In this document: in pieces, positions 12,501 through 24,960 of the stretch
How positions within the stretch are numbered: position 1 is the stretch's first letter
Layout: every line of letters starts with the position of its first letter
Assembly: GCF_006345805.1 (NCBI RefSeq)
Contig: NC_042997.1
Span: 191,890,001 to 191,954,000 of the forward strand
Origin: Octopus sinensis
Taxonomy: Eukaryota
Direction: 5' to 3'
Length of the DNA stretch: 64,000 nt
Notes under the pieces: generated by a model
Databases searched by the model: none
Seen by the model: the letters and a program-made list of their open reading frames with translations, nothing else
What the model was told of the DNA's origin: nothing
Program-made: the position numbers and the translations under genes

Positions 12501-12713
12501 CTCTCTCTCTCCCATACATCCTCCACATGCAGTAATGTCTCATAACACTTACATGCTTTTTTAGAGTGAGTCAGCTGTCATCATTCTATGTTCGCTTCTC
12601 CCCAATGGATTCTTGACTTTCTCTAGTTACTGTCTGGCAATGCAGTTCATCTCATGCCATTGACATTCACTTTGAAGAATATGTGCAGACTTCGTTTTTT
12701 TTTTTTTGTTGTT

Positions 12714-13152
12714 GGATCTTTTCCTTTTGAACGGCACATGTCAACACAATTTCTAGTAAACTAAACACTTTAAAACTTCGTATACTGGTAGAATGTGTCA
12801 AAATAAAACATTTTTTTCTCTTGGCTTTCTTGATAAAATTGTAATTCGTTTGTTTAACGTAGTTTAATTTTTCGAATTTTAACCAATGAATCGCCTCTAA
12901 TTGAGCTAAAATCATTTGCTGTGTCTAAAACTGAGACAACATCCTGTCACTAACCCTAAACCTCACCCTAACCCTAACCCTAATTTTTTTTTCTTAATTG
13001 TTAAATTAATTTGATTGTTAATTTAATTGTTATCAAGAAAGCCAAGAGAAAAACATGTTTTATTTTGACACATTCTACCAGTATACGAAGTTTTAAAGTG
13101 TTTAGTTAACTAGAAATTGTGTTGACATGTACCGTTCAAAAGAAAAAGATCC
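12714..13152. mobile_element. GGATC-family DNA transposon, foldback variant with CCCTAA core
   Basis: Inverted arms of about 110 bp starting GGATCTTTTC..TTTGAACGG; CCCTAA-like units at about 12951-12983. Confidence 0.85.
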
Positions 13153-13744
13153 CCCCCACAAAAAAAAAAAACAACGAAGTCTGCACATATTCTTCAAAGT
13201 GAATGTCAGTGGCATGAGATGAACTGCATTGCCAGACAGTAACTAGAGAAAGTCAAGAATCCATTTGTTTTCTGCCTCTCTCCTTGCTATATGGTATTTT
13301 TCTCTGCTGGCCTCTTGCCCCCAGTTTTTATAAGCCTGTTGCTTATGCACTGTCTGCGGTATTGTTCCACCACCACCACCACATTACTTTGCATAAGGCT
13401 GGGACCATACACCAGCCACAAGTTTGGTTGGCAACCTCCAGCACATTGTTCCATAAAAACTATGTTTCACTACACACATGCGCGCGCGCACACATACATA
13501 CACGCACGCACGTACACAAGTGCGCACGGACGCAAGCACACACACACACAAGTGCGCACGTACGCACGTGCGCACGGACGCAAGAACGCACACAAGTACG
13601 CACGGACGCAAGCACGCACTCACAAACACACACATCTGTATGTATGTATATGCAAGTATGTGTGTGTGTGTGTGTGTGTCTGTCTGTCTGCCTGCCTGTA
13701 TTTATGTATGTATGCCTGAATGCATGCTTGTATACACGTACACG

Positions 13745-13760
13745 TACATACATACATACA

Positions 13761-13792
<32 letters not shown>

Positions 13793-13955
13793 CATACATA
13801 CATACATACATGCATGCATGCATGCATACATACATACATACATACATAATATATAGATACATACACACAAACATACATGCATGCATTCATACATACATAC
13901 ATACATACATACATACATACATACATACATACATACATACATACATACATACATT
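13745..13955. repeat. (CATA)n microsatellite
   Basis: Direct reading; explains the cluster of low-complexity ORFs at 13284-13990. Confidence 0.95.
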
Positions 13956-14412
13956 ATTATGGCTGCCCCCTCGTTATCGAGTATAGCCATTGCACGAAAC
14001 TTAACTGTTACTGGTGCCGTGATCGAATGTGACTTTTTAGCCCAGCTAAAGATCTACAATGTCTTGTACAAAATTGGCAACTAAAACCATTACCGGTAAT
14101 AGCCAGCTGTAGTTGTAACTGGGCTTCATGTACCTTTGCATGTCGCTTAAGTCCTCCTGCCGAATTACACTCTCTTCCACATGCCCGACAGATATGATTA
14201 GTATGGTGTGTTACACCACCACCAGTGGTCAGGTTGTCACTCATCTGTCTCGTTTTATGACTACGAAGATGACTCACGAGTCCAGCTTTACTGAGGCAAG
14301 GTCTTGCACAGACATTGCATGTCAGAATCAAAGGAAGACCCTTCCCTTCTGGAAGTGTAACAGCGATGCCCTTCCTGACATCCCTCCTTACTTTCTCATG
14401 CGCAACTCGATA
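13955..14412 (-). mobile_element. RTE-like LINE 3' end encoding three C2H2 zinc fingers
   Basis: Open frame RVAHEKVRRDVRK...CNVC-x12-HLRSH...CRAC-x12-HAKVH...CQFC-x12-HIRSRH, then a short 3' UTR ending GCAGCCATAATAAT(GTAT)n. Confidence 0.75.
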
Positions 14413-14465
14413 TTACATACATACATACATACATATGTACAAACTTGCATTCCTGCATACATACA

Positions 14466-14496
<31 letters not shown>

Positions 14497-14559
14497 GTAC
14501 AAACTTGCATTCCTGCATACATACATACATACATATACATACATACATACATACATACA

Positions 14560-14590
<31 letters not shown>

Positions 14591-14630
14591 GTACGTACAT
14601 TAGTAAATACATGCGTACATACGTACATGC

Positions 14631-14994
14631 GGAGGCGCAATGGCCCAGTGGTTAGGGCAGCGGACTCGCGGTCATAGGATCGCGGTTTCGATTCCCAAAC
14701 CGGGCGTTGTGAGTGTTTATTGAGCGAAAACCCCTTAAAGCTCCACGAGGCTCCGGCAGGGGATGGTGGTGACCCCTGCTGTACTCTTTCACCACAACTT
14801 TCTCTCACTCTTACTTCCTGTTTCTGTTGTACCTTGTCACTCTCTGTATCACGCTGAATATCCCCGAGAACTACGTTAAGGGTGCACGTGTCTGTGGAGT
14901 GCTCAGCCACTTAGACGTTAATTTCACGAGCAGACTGTTCCGTTGATTCGGATCAACCGGAACCCTCATCGTCGTAACCGACGGAGTGCTTCCA
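14631..14994 (+). mobile_element. SINE family C, full length
   Basis: tRNA-like A and B boxes (TGGCCCAGTGG, GGTTTCGATTCC), 3' hairpin CGTCG-TAAC-CGACG, TSD CATACGTACATG. Confidence 0.92.
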
Positions 14995-15175
14995 CATACG
15001 TACATGTAATGAAAGTGATGCAATAAAATCTGTACATAGTAAATTCTTAATTTTCTGAAACTTCCATCCGAGTTGGGGACAGAAAGCCAAAACTGGGAAG
15101 CAAATGTTAGTGATTCACGAGGAGGAAGGGAGATAATTTCCTGAAATTTAAACGAATGTTCTTGAATTATTTATT

Positions 15176-15555
15176 CTTTTCTACTTTAGGTACAAGGCCC
15201 GAAATGTTTGGGGAGGGGGCCAATCGATTAGATCGACCTCAGTACGTAACTGGTACTTAATTTATCAACGCCGAAAGGACGAAAGGCAAAGTCGACCTCG
15301 GCGGAATTTGAGCTCAGAACGTAACGGCAGACGATATACCTATTTCTTTACTACCCACAGGGGACAAACAAGGACAGACAAACGGATGAAGTCGATTATA
15401 TCGACTCCAGTGCGTAACTGGTACTTAATTTATCGACCCCGAAAGGATGAAAGGCAAAACTGACCTCGGCAGAATTTGAACTTAGAACGTAATGGCAGAC
15501 GAAATACCGCTAAGCATTTCACCCGGCGTGCAAACTTTTCTGCTAGCTCATGGCC
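15176..15555 (-). mobile_element. SINE family A dimer with alternative terminal module
   Basis: 18-bp TSD GTTCTTGAATTATTTATT; terminal body ends in a CCCCCTCCCCCAAA...GGGCCTTGT-type tail. Confidence 0.9.
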
Positions 15556-17189
15556 GTTCTTGAATTATTTATTAAACTGCAGAAAGTACAGCATGGTGTT
15601 CCATTACAAGCCCCGATCAGTTATATACATGTTTGTACATATGTATGATTGATTGATTTACCGAACGATAAACCAAGCAATCGATTAGCTAATTGGATAG
15701 GTATTAACGAATTGACTAATAACAACAACAACAATAATCTTTTCTACTCTAGGCACTTTGGGGAGGGGGCCTGTCGATTAGATCGACACTAGTATGCAAC
15801 TGATATTTAATTTATCGACCCGGAAAGGATGAAAGACAAAGTCAACCTTGGTGGAATTTGAACTCAGAATGCAAAGACAGAAGAAACACCGCTAAGCATT
15901 TCACCTATCGTGCTAACGTTTCTGCCAGCTCTAAAAGAAGGGAAATTGAGCCAGTGTGTGTGTTTATTATTGGCCTAATGATCCTCTCAAGACACACACA
16001 CACACACAAAATGATTATTGCTATGCTACTGGTCATCTGCTTGGACAGACATACGAGCAAATATTTCCAACCATGTCATCCCTTCTTTTATTTGGACACA
16101 CTAGATCTAGGACTACATTTTCCAACGAGTCCTTCCCTGGGGTGTGATATGAATAAGATTTAACATTTCTAATAAACTGCAGCTGTAGACAGAGAGAATT
16201 TACGTGAAAATAACCGGCAGCATATATTCTATAAACAATATTCACCGACAGGAAAAAGAAACGAATTCATTTCTTTTTCCTGTCTTATCAGATTTTACGT
16301 GGAAAATTCCTTCACAATGGACAAACAGCTGTTTTAAATTAAACTATAAAAACTTGTAAACCAACAACCGGTTATAAGGGAGCTAACTCTCTAAGTTTTT
16401 TTAAATTACTTCCCTTCATGCTTTAAACTCGTAAATGTTTATAATTGAAGTTAATAATAATAATAATAATTAAAACGATTACAACAAAGTTTTTAATATG
16501 TAGGTGTTGTTCAGCTCCTTGTCAGCACTCATCGAGCGAGACTGTGAACAGAAGCGTTCCAGCTGTGACCATCTCGTCTTTTTGTATATATCTGATTACA
16601 TTATCGTTTTTTTTTTAATATAAAGTGTGATTTGAAAGTGATTTATGTCAACTGCAGCAGGTCGGGAGAAGCCAAGTAGAGGTCCCATGGTGAAGGAGAT
16701 TGACAGAATCATTAGAGAGTTGAATAAAATGCTGACAACGATAATCAGAAATTGCAACTACCGTATTCGATGACATATAAAACTCATTTTTTTCCTCCAA
16801 AAAGTGTCTCAAAAAAAAAAAAAATCACTCTGGGATCTTTTTGAAAAGTTGGTCCTCTGATTAATTTTAATGCTCTGAAAACTTTTTCCTGAATTTGCAC
16901 CACTGAAATTGGGGTGCATCTAATAAACCTGTACATCTTTGCATCGTTGTCATGTACTGCACACCTACAATACATTGATCACTCTCCTATGAAAGTGTCT
17001 TCTGGATTAAGTGCTAGTTCTCCAGCCTCCATGACATTCTTCTCCAACCATTTTCCATCCATTGCATTCTTTGCCAGTCTCTTGATCTACTGCCTTCTAC
17101 TCGTCCTTCCATGACAATGCTTTTTGGACCTCTGCTTCTTTGAATATTGCCATAATAAACAAGCTTTTAATAATAAATAAATAAATAAA

Positions 17190-17437
17190 TGCGCCCTTTT
17201 AAAGCCTAGCCAGGCTCATGGGTCCTGTTTCCCGGTTTCCATGGCATATGTTTTCCCCAGCTGGATGGGACGCCAGCCCATCGCAGCGTCACTCATTTTT
17301 GCCAGCTGAGTGGACTGGAGCAATGTGAAATGAAGTGTTTTGCTCAAGAACACAAAGTGTCGCCCGGTCCAGGAATCGAAACCACAATCTTACAATCATA
17401 ATGCTGACACCCTAACCACTAAGCCACACGCCTCCAC
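17190..17437 (-). mobile_element. CORE-type SINE with (ATTT)n tail
   Basis: tRNA-like head, TTGAGCAAAACACTT...CTCCAGTCCACTCAGCTGGCAAAAATGAG resembling the CORE domain, ATTT repeat tail. Confidence 0.75.
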
Positions 17438-18075
17438 AATAAACGAGTTTTGTTTGTTCACAATGTTCAGGAGTTGTCGTTTTCACCTACTTGTTGTAAC
17501 ACCCATTCATTTGTCCAATGGTCCTTGTAAGGGACTTGTAACATTCTCCTATACATCCTGTTAAGTCAGGTTCCTCATCACAGGCTGATAAGAGCTGCTA
17601 CTGGTACTACATTAACCGGTTCTACCTTTTCTATGCCTGAGTGGTCAGCGACTCAACTGGCTCCCCGCACTTGAGTGACTATAATAGAAATAATAATATT
17701 TCTATTTTTGAAAACCACTGGATGTATTCCACTGAATTTAGGTAGATAATCCTTCGAACAGACGGTCAGTAGTGATGCCTACTGGGTCCGGCTGCTCTGC
17801 ATTGATAAAGGGCAAATAACCTGAAACTAGTCTGCGGATGCCTGACCAGCAAGGAGAAGTGGCTGACCTCCCCTGCTTGAAGGTTATAATGGACACAGGT
17901 TCGTGTGTCACATAGTTAGCTGGAGGTGATGGCCTCTTGGAGCTAATCAATGGCAGCTTTCATCCTGTATTTATGGACTGCCATATTAGCTTGGTGATAA
18001 CTATTAATATCCAGTACTGCTGCTGTAGTCACCTTTAGAGAGACTTATTAATAATAATATTTACATATCTATATC

Positions 18076-18147
<72 letters not shown>

Positions 18148-18605
18148 CATATATATCATATATATATACACACACACATATATATATGTATATATGCCTG
18201 TAGGTATTTCTCTCCACCCTCTCTTTCTCTCTCTCTATATATACACACACTATCCCATCTATGCTCAGATCCCCGTTCCTTGCAAGTATACCCTGGCACT
18301 TCACCACCATCTCTCACCTGCTCTCTCTTGCACTCTTGTTGTGTCCCACCCTCTTTCTTTTCCCTTGTTCTTCCCTCTGGCTGGGCAACCATGTATCTTA
18401 TCTCCTCTCCAGCAGCATGGCTGTTTTTGCTTTCATTCATGATCTCTCTCTCTCTCTCTCTCCGGGTAACCATGTACCTCCTCTACAACAAGACACCCGT
18501 TTCTGTCTCTCTGTCACACTCTAACCTTTCATCATCTGACACAAGATCACTTCCTCCAATGCCCCTCCCCTCTCAAAGATTCCTTATCTTGCCAAGTTAA
18601 TTAGG

Positions 18606-18915
18606 TACCGTGCCAGTGCTGGTGCCACATATGAGGCATCCAGTCTACACTGTGAAGTGGTTGGCTTTTGGAAGGGCATCCAGCTGTTAAAAACCATGCC
18701 AAAACTGATCTCGCCTGTGCTGGTGCCACAGAAAATGCACTCAGTCCACTCTGTGGGGTGGTTGGTGCTAAGAAGGGCATCCAGTCATAAGTAAAAAAAC
18801 ACTGCCAAAACAGACACAGAAGTATGGTGAGGGATCCTGCCTGTTCAGCTCCTGTCAAACCATCCAACCCATGCCGGCATGAAAGGAGGACGTTAAACAA
18901 TGATGATGCTGATAA
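18606..18915 (+). mobile_element. Family D (SINE or LINE 3' end with (GAT)n tail)
   Basis: GAAGGGCATCCAG motif twice, CCAACCCATGC...GGACGTTAAAC then GAT repeats. Confidence 0.75.
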
Positions 18916-19095
18916 TGAATTTAATTAAGTTTAAGTTCCTCATTAACTTCACAACATATTCTGTAAAAAGGTACATTAATTAGAAAAATAGGTAATTTCT
19001 AATAATCACCCCTCCTTGTTCTCCCTGTGAAATGTTTCAACAATTTATGAAAATTGTGTTTGTTACAGGAAATATATTGTTTAACATATATACAA

Positions 19096-19483
19096 GAGCA
19101 CCATCCGGGCATGATCGTTGCCAGAGTGGCTAACTTGCGTTTGTGCCAGTGGCACATAAAAAGCACCATTCAAGTGTGACTGTTACCAGCGTCGCCTTAC
19201 TGGCACTTGTGCCGGTGTGCAGGTGGCACTTAAAAATACATGATTTTTTCGTGGCCATTGCCAGTACCACCTGACTGGCTCTCATGCTGATGATACGTAA
19301 AAGCACCCATTACACTCTCGGAGTGGTTGGCGTTAGGAATGGCATCCAGCAGTAGAAATTCTGCCAGATCAAGATTGAAGCCTGGTGCAGCCATCTGGTT
19401 CGCCAGCCCTCAGTCAAATCGTCCAACCCATGCTAGCATGGAAAGCGGACGTTAAACGATGATGATGATGATGATGATGATGA
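19096..19483 (+). mobile_element. Family D copy
   Basis: Same body and (GAT)n tail as 21416-21862. Confidence 0.85.
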
Positions 19484-20622
19484 CACACACTTCAAATTAG
19501 TAAAAGGTCTGTTAATTTTAAATTTAAAAGAAATGATATTTATGTCTCTGAAGACTGAGTCATAAAGGGCTAAGTGTCATTAAGGGCTATGGGATTCTGT
19601 GAAGTCTTGGGAACATTCTACCAACAACTAAATTATCTAGATGAAAGAGAGAGAGAGAGAGAGGTGGGGTAGTGGGTATGGAAAAGTGAGAGACTATGTG
19701 TGTGTGTGAGTGTGTATGCATATGTTAGTGAATGATGTTTGTATGTCTTAATGTGTGTGCCTGTATGCATGTTGTGTTGATAGTAATATAGAATGTTACA
19801 CATAGACAATATTAATGTGACAACTGAGTACTCCAAGCGATTTGTCACTTTATCTACTGTCAGACCCCCTCACAGTTGGGTAGGGAACAATGATAAAGAC
19901 GATCTACTGAATAGCTTTTTAGATATGAAAGCCTTTTTTTTTTTACTTTTAATAAGATTGACTTGGTTTCAAGATAATAACAATTTATCTACCCTAAGCT
20001 CCTTCCCATTTATTAAATACTAATTCTGCTGATGTGTCAAAAGAAAATCTTTATTTTCCTGGTGATTCATAATTCTTTTTCTTAACTCCTCTTTTCAGTT
20101 GTTAGCTGTTAACATTTATCAGAAATTTATGAGTTTGCTTATGGGAATTGTGCAGCGAAAGATATTGTGTTTCAAATGTGCAGCTTGCACCAAGAAAGCA
20201 TTCTGATGCCAATGATAATAATCATTGCCAGTTGCCGTACACCTAAGTATGAGTAATATTATATAACTTGATATTTTTATATGAATTCTTTGTAACCTCT
20301 AATGGCAAGTTAGATGGACATGAAAGATTGATGGAGTAGATATTTTTCGTAGCTTGATGTATACATTTTAGCAAAATTTATCTCAAAAGGCTAACCGGTT
20401 CATATCCCGAGTCTGTATCCATGGTTATAACATTTCAACATTTCTCTATTCTTAGTTGTGAACAGGTACTAAGAATGGTACTGTTTACCATTGTAAGCTT
20501 CAAGAATATGAGCCAGCGAGAGAGTCTCGACTCAATTTCTCAGCCTACAGCAATTAACAACCTAATTCATTTTCAAGTTAAACATTGCCATCTTAAAAAA
20601 GCAAGGACACCCTGGATAATGT

Positions 20623-21128
20623 GACCTCCTTCGGTCATGAATGACCATGTAATTGCACTTAGAAAGTTACCCTCCCAGGCACAAGTCCGAGCAAGGTTGT
20701 TTATGGAAGATCAGCAGTCGCCCACGCATACCAGCCTCCCCTCTCCATGCCACCGATGTTATCCAAGGGAAAGGCAAAGGCCGATACAGCTTGGCACCAG
20801 TAACGTTGCAGCTCATTTATCAACATGCAAGTGGCTGAGCACTCCACAGACACGTGTACCCTTAACGTAGTTCTCGGGGAGATTCAGTGTGACACAGAGT
20901 GTGACAAGGTTGGCCCTTTGAAATACACGTACAACAGAAACAGGAAGAAAGAATGAGAGAAAGTTGTGGTGAAAGAGTACAGAAGGGTTCACCACCACCC
21001 CCTGCTGGAGCCTCGTGGAGCTTTAGGTGTTTTCGCTCAATAAACACTCACAATGCCCGGTCTGGGAATTGAAACCGCGATCCTATGACTGTGAGTCCGC
21101 TGCCCTAACCACTGGGCCATTGCACCTC
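20623..21128 (-). mobile_element. Chimeric SINE: family C head/body fused to tail E
   Basis: Single unit flanked by CACCCTGGATAATGT at 20608-20622 and 21129-21143. Confidence 0.88.
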
Positions 21129-21363
21129 CACCCTGGATAATGTAGAGCTGGTATTACAGTCCGAAAAAATAAGATTAAATGTCCATAGATGGAACACTTT
21201 ACTATTAGGCATCCTTAATTAGAGCTCACCTGGAGTCAAATACCTTCAACCATAACAACCAACTAAGGATGCTGTATCTTTAATCTAGAGGTTGGAATGC
21301 TTTAATTTATGTATATTTGATTTCAGTTGACTAAAAGTTAAAGACATTGAACGATAACAATAA

Positions 21364-22026
21364 CCCTTTAGCATTTAAACTGACCGTATCTGGCCAAAGT
21401 ATTTTATCTGTTTTAAGCACCATCTGAACGTGGCCAATGCTAGCGCCGCTTAGACTGGCTTCCGTGCCTGTGGCACATAAAAAGCACTATCCAAATCGTG
21501 GCCGATGCCAGTGCCGCCTTGACTGGCTTCCGTGCCGGTGGCACATAAAAAGCACCATCCGAATCGTGGCCAATGCCAGCCCCGCCTTGACTGGCTTCCG
21601 TGCCGGTGGCACGTAAAATGCACCAATCCGATCATGGCCGTTGCCAGCCTTGCCTGGCACCTGTGCAGGTGGCACGTAAAAAGCACCCACTACACTCACG
21701 GAGTGGTTGGCGTTAGGAAGGGCATCCAGCTGTAGAAACACTGCCAGATCAGACTGGAGCCTGGTGCAGCCTTCTGGCTTCCCAGATCCCTGGTCGAACC
21801 GTCCAACCCATGCTAGCATGGAGAACGGATGTTAAATGATGATGATGATGATGATGATGATGCTTGAACTAGCCAGATCTTGCCTTTCACACCAACCCTA
21901 AATGTCATTTTAAACATAAACAACTACATCATTGAAATTTCAAAGTTACAAGATAATGCTTAATTAATTCAAACAATGTGTATAAATAGGCATTACATTT
22001 GATAAAGTAATTTGAATGCTAAAGGG
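21364..22026. mobile_element. piggyBac-type MITE interrupted by family D
   Basis: Termini CCCTTTAGCATT / AATGCTAAAGGG, TTAA on the right and ATAA on the left. Confidence 0.8.
21416..21862 (+). mobile_element. Family D copy with 68-bp internal tandem module
   Basis: CGTGGCC/CATGGCC at 21429, 21497, 21565, 21633; (GAT)n tail. Confidence 0.88.
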
Positions 22027-22740
22027 TTAATGCAGAAGTTATTAAACATTGCGCTATCATGAATTGGAGCATTACAAGAGTTATCTTGATGTGTATTTTT
22101 TAAAAATATACTTGAACATCTTGAAAAATGTGTCGTTCATAATTTTGTTTAGTAAAACAAGATAAGCAATTATTATCTCTATTGTTTCAATGTTTTTTCA
22201 AACTTTAAAACAGACTTTCTTTAAACTTAGCCATGTACAGTGCACCAGTAATCCATGGCATAGCTACAATGAGTTCCACTGGGGCAGCCCTTCAATTTAC
22301 TGCTTCCAACCCTGTTCCCTACCCTTGAGAAATTGAGTCGAGACTCTCTCGCTGGCTCATATTCTTGAGGCTTACAATGGTAAACAGTACCATTCTTAGT
22401 ACCTGTTTACAACTAAGAATAGAGAAATGTTGAAATGTTATAACCATGGATACAGACTCAGGATATGAAGCAGTTAGCCTTTTGAGATAAATTTTGCTAA
22501 AATGTATATATCAAGCTACGAAAAATATCTACATCAAACCCAAAAGTGCTACCCAGAGTAGACTCCACCCTGTCACCCCCTACCAGCTATATCACTACCA
22601 GTAATTCCTTTTTGTTTGATCCCAGTGTACCATGAAGTCAACAGAATCCCTAAATTGAAGGACTGTACTGAATTCAGATTATACCACTGCAAATAAAAAA
22701 CCACGAGTTAGATAGCATGTAACCACTCAAATTACTGAAG

Positions 22741-23068
22741 GTACATAGCTCAGTGAGTTGAGCATCAGGTTTACAATTGTGAGGCAGTAGGTTCAATTCC
22801 TGGACTGGGTTGTGTGTTGCATTCTTGAGCAAGGCACTTTATTTTATGTTGCTCCAGTTCACTCAGCTGTAGAAAAGAGTTGCAATGTTACTGGTACCAA
22901 GCTGTATCTGTCTTAGCCTTTCCCTTGAACAACATCAGTGGCGTGAAGGAGAGAGACTGGTATATGTAGGCAACTGCTGGTCTTCCACAAACAACTTTGC
23001 CCAGACTTGTGCCTCAGAGGGGAACTTCCTAGGTGCAATCCCATGGTCATTTGTGACTGAAGGTGTTC
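22741..23068 (+). mobile_element. CORE-type SINE with tail E
   Basis: tRNA-like head, CORE-like segment, tail ending CATGGTCATTTGTGACTGAAGG. Confidence 0.8.
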
Positions 23069-23089
23069 TTCACCTTTTTTAATCACTCA

Positions 23090-23240
23090 GACTCAACTAT
23101 CCTGAAATTATGGGACGCAGCATGGTGGATGTGAACTATTTCAGCAGATAAATCTTCTTCCTTGAAAAGATAGCTTAACTGTGCTCTAAATGGTGGTGTA
23201 GTCAAATCCTGTTTTATGGACTCAACCATGTTCTAAAATA
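23090..23240 (+). pseudogene. Possible piggyBac transposase remnant
   Basis: NYPEIM...MVDV...SKWWCSQILFYGL loosely resembles the piggyBac PEI..YN..MGGVD...KWW..IFF segment; in-frame stops. Confidence 0.35.
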
Positions 23241-23304
23241 AGTGGAAAGGTAAGCTACTATAAATCGGCACGAACTTTCCGGACAACCCAATATTTAATA
23301 TTCT

Positions 23305-23760
23305 TAAGGTAAAGGTGGTGAGCTGGCAGAAACATTTACACGCTAGGTGAAATGCTTAGCGGTTTTTCATCTGTCTTTACATTCTGAGTTCAAATTCCGC
23401 CGAGGTTGACTTTGCCTCATTTTGGGGTTGATAAATTAAGTACTGGTTGCATACTGGGGTTGATCTAATCGACTGGCCCCCTCCCCCAAAATTTCGGGCC
23501 TTGTGCCTAGAGTAGAAAAAAGTATTCTTAAGGTAGCAAACTGGCAGAGTTATTAGCATGTTGGACAAAATATTTATCAGCAACTCTCTCAATCCTTTAT
23601 GGTCTGGTTCAAATACAACCAAGATCAAATTTGCTTCTGATCCCATCATGGTTGATAAAATAAGATACCAGTCAAGAATTGGAGTCAATGCAAATGACTT
23701 AACTCTCCCCATTAAATTGCTATCCAGTTGCCAAAATTAGAAAGAATAATTTAATATCTT
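23305..23760 (+). mobile_element. Family A-like SINE followed by a decayed second unit (duplicate 1)
   Basis: Block repeated at 24961-25452 including the same decayed second unit. Confidence 0.8.
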
Positions 23761-24960
23761 TAAGAAAGGAATTCATATTATGCAATCTAATTTAGCCTTT
23801 ATTATAGATATCTTGCATTATAATTCCATTTACATATAAGATGCTTTATAGGAATATTAAATTAACTTAAGTACTTGAATACTTTAGTTTAGTGATACCA
23901 GGAAGATAAAATACAAAGTAGTCCTTGATGAGATTTAGTTATGCATCTTTATGTAAACAGCCATAACTAACCTCCACAGGAATTCTATCAACACTTTCAT
24001 GATTCTGCTAATACATGAGGTTTGTTGCTTATTTTAGAAATAGTTTATACTGATCTCATCTTTCTGACATAATCCTAACAACCTTCCTTTCAATCATGTA
24101 CATAGTCACTCAATTATATTTCGCTGAGATCACTGGTACATCTCACTCACCATTATAATATCTTCTTAAACACATGGTTGGAAAACCTGTACAGGTGCAA
24201 GTAAAAACAAAAATGTCAGTAGTTGGCTGAAATGGTAGAACATCATATAAAAATCTTGAAATATAGAGTTTTATCTATCTGCATTCTAGGTTCAGATTCT
24301 TCAAATGTATTAACTTTTTTGCCTCTCATTCCTCAAAGTGTTGGATGAATAACACCCATATACTGAGGTTAACTCATTTGACTAGACTTTACCCTTGAAA
24401 GACAATCAGCTTTGTGTCTTTGTAAGGAATCATTATTGTAGCAGGTAAAAAAAGACTTTTATTCTTTTGGCTGCTTTTGAAGTGATGACTGGAAGGAATT
24501 ATCAAATCCAGTACTACTTAGTGAAAACTAAAGTCATACCATTCAAAAGACTTAACTCACTGTCTAAATTGAATGATTTTAAAAATACTTTAGACTAACT
24601 AATTTTATAATCTCAAGTTATGTCATGCTGAAGAGCACATAATGAAGACAAAATGGTACTATCCTCAACTACTGGGAAGTTTAATTAAAGAATTATATTG
24701 AAACAATACATGCTGTTTTCAATCTTTGGTAATGATTTCTCAACATAGTGTGGGAAGGGGGAAGAAACTTAGAAGCAATTCTCTCTTTTTAAGTAGCACA
24801 CCCTCTCTCTTTCACTCTATAAAGTAGTTCCCAACAAAGCTCTTGAATAGCACTTTTGGTCAAAATAGCAACATTTGTGCATAAATCAGAAATCTGTTTT
24901 TTTCTGTATGAGGATTGAATTCACTATTGAAACCAGTTATTATTCAATATTCTTAAAATA

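Noticed and set aside
14631-14705. Functional tRNA gene (also other SINE heads)
   Set aside because: tRNA-like A and B boxes continue into a SINE body with a TSD; no complete cloverleaf evident
13284-14910. Many 60-190 aa ORFs rich in YVCM/HTYI
   Set aside because: Read-through of CATA and CA microsatellites; the same applies to similar ORFs across the window
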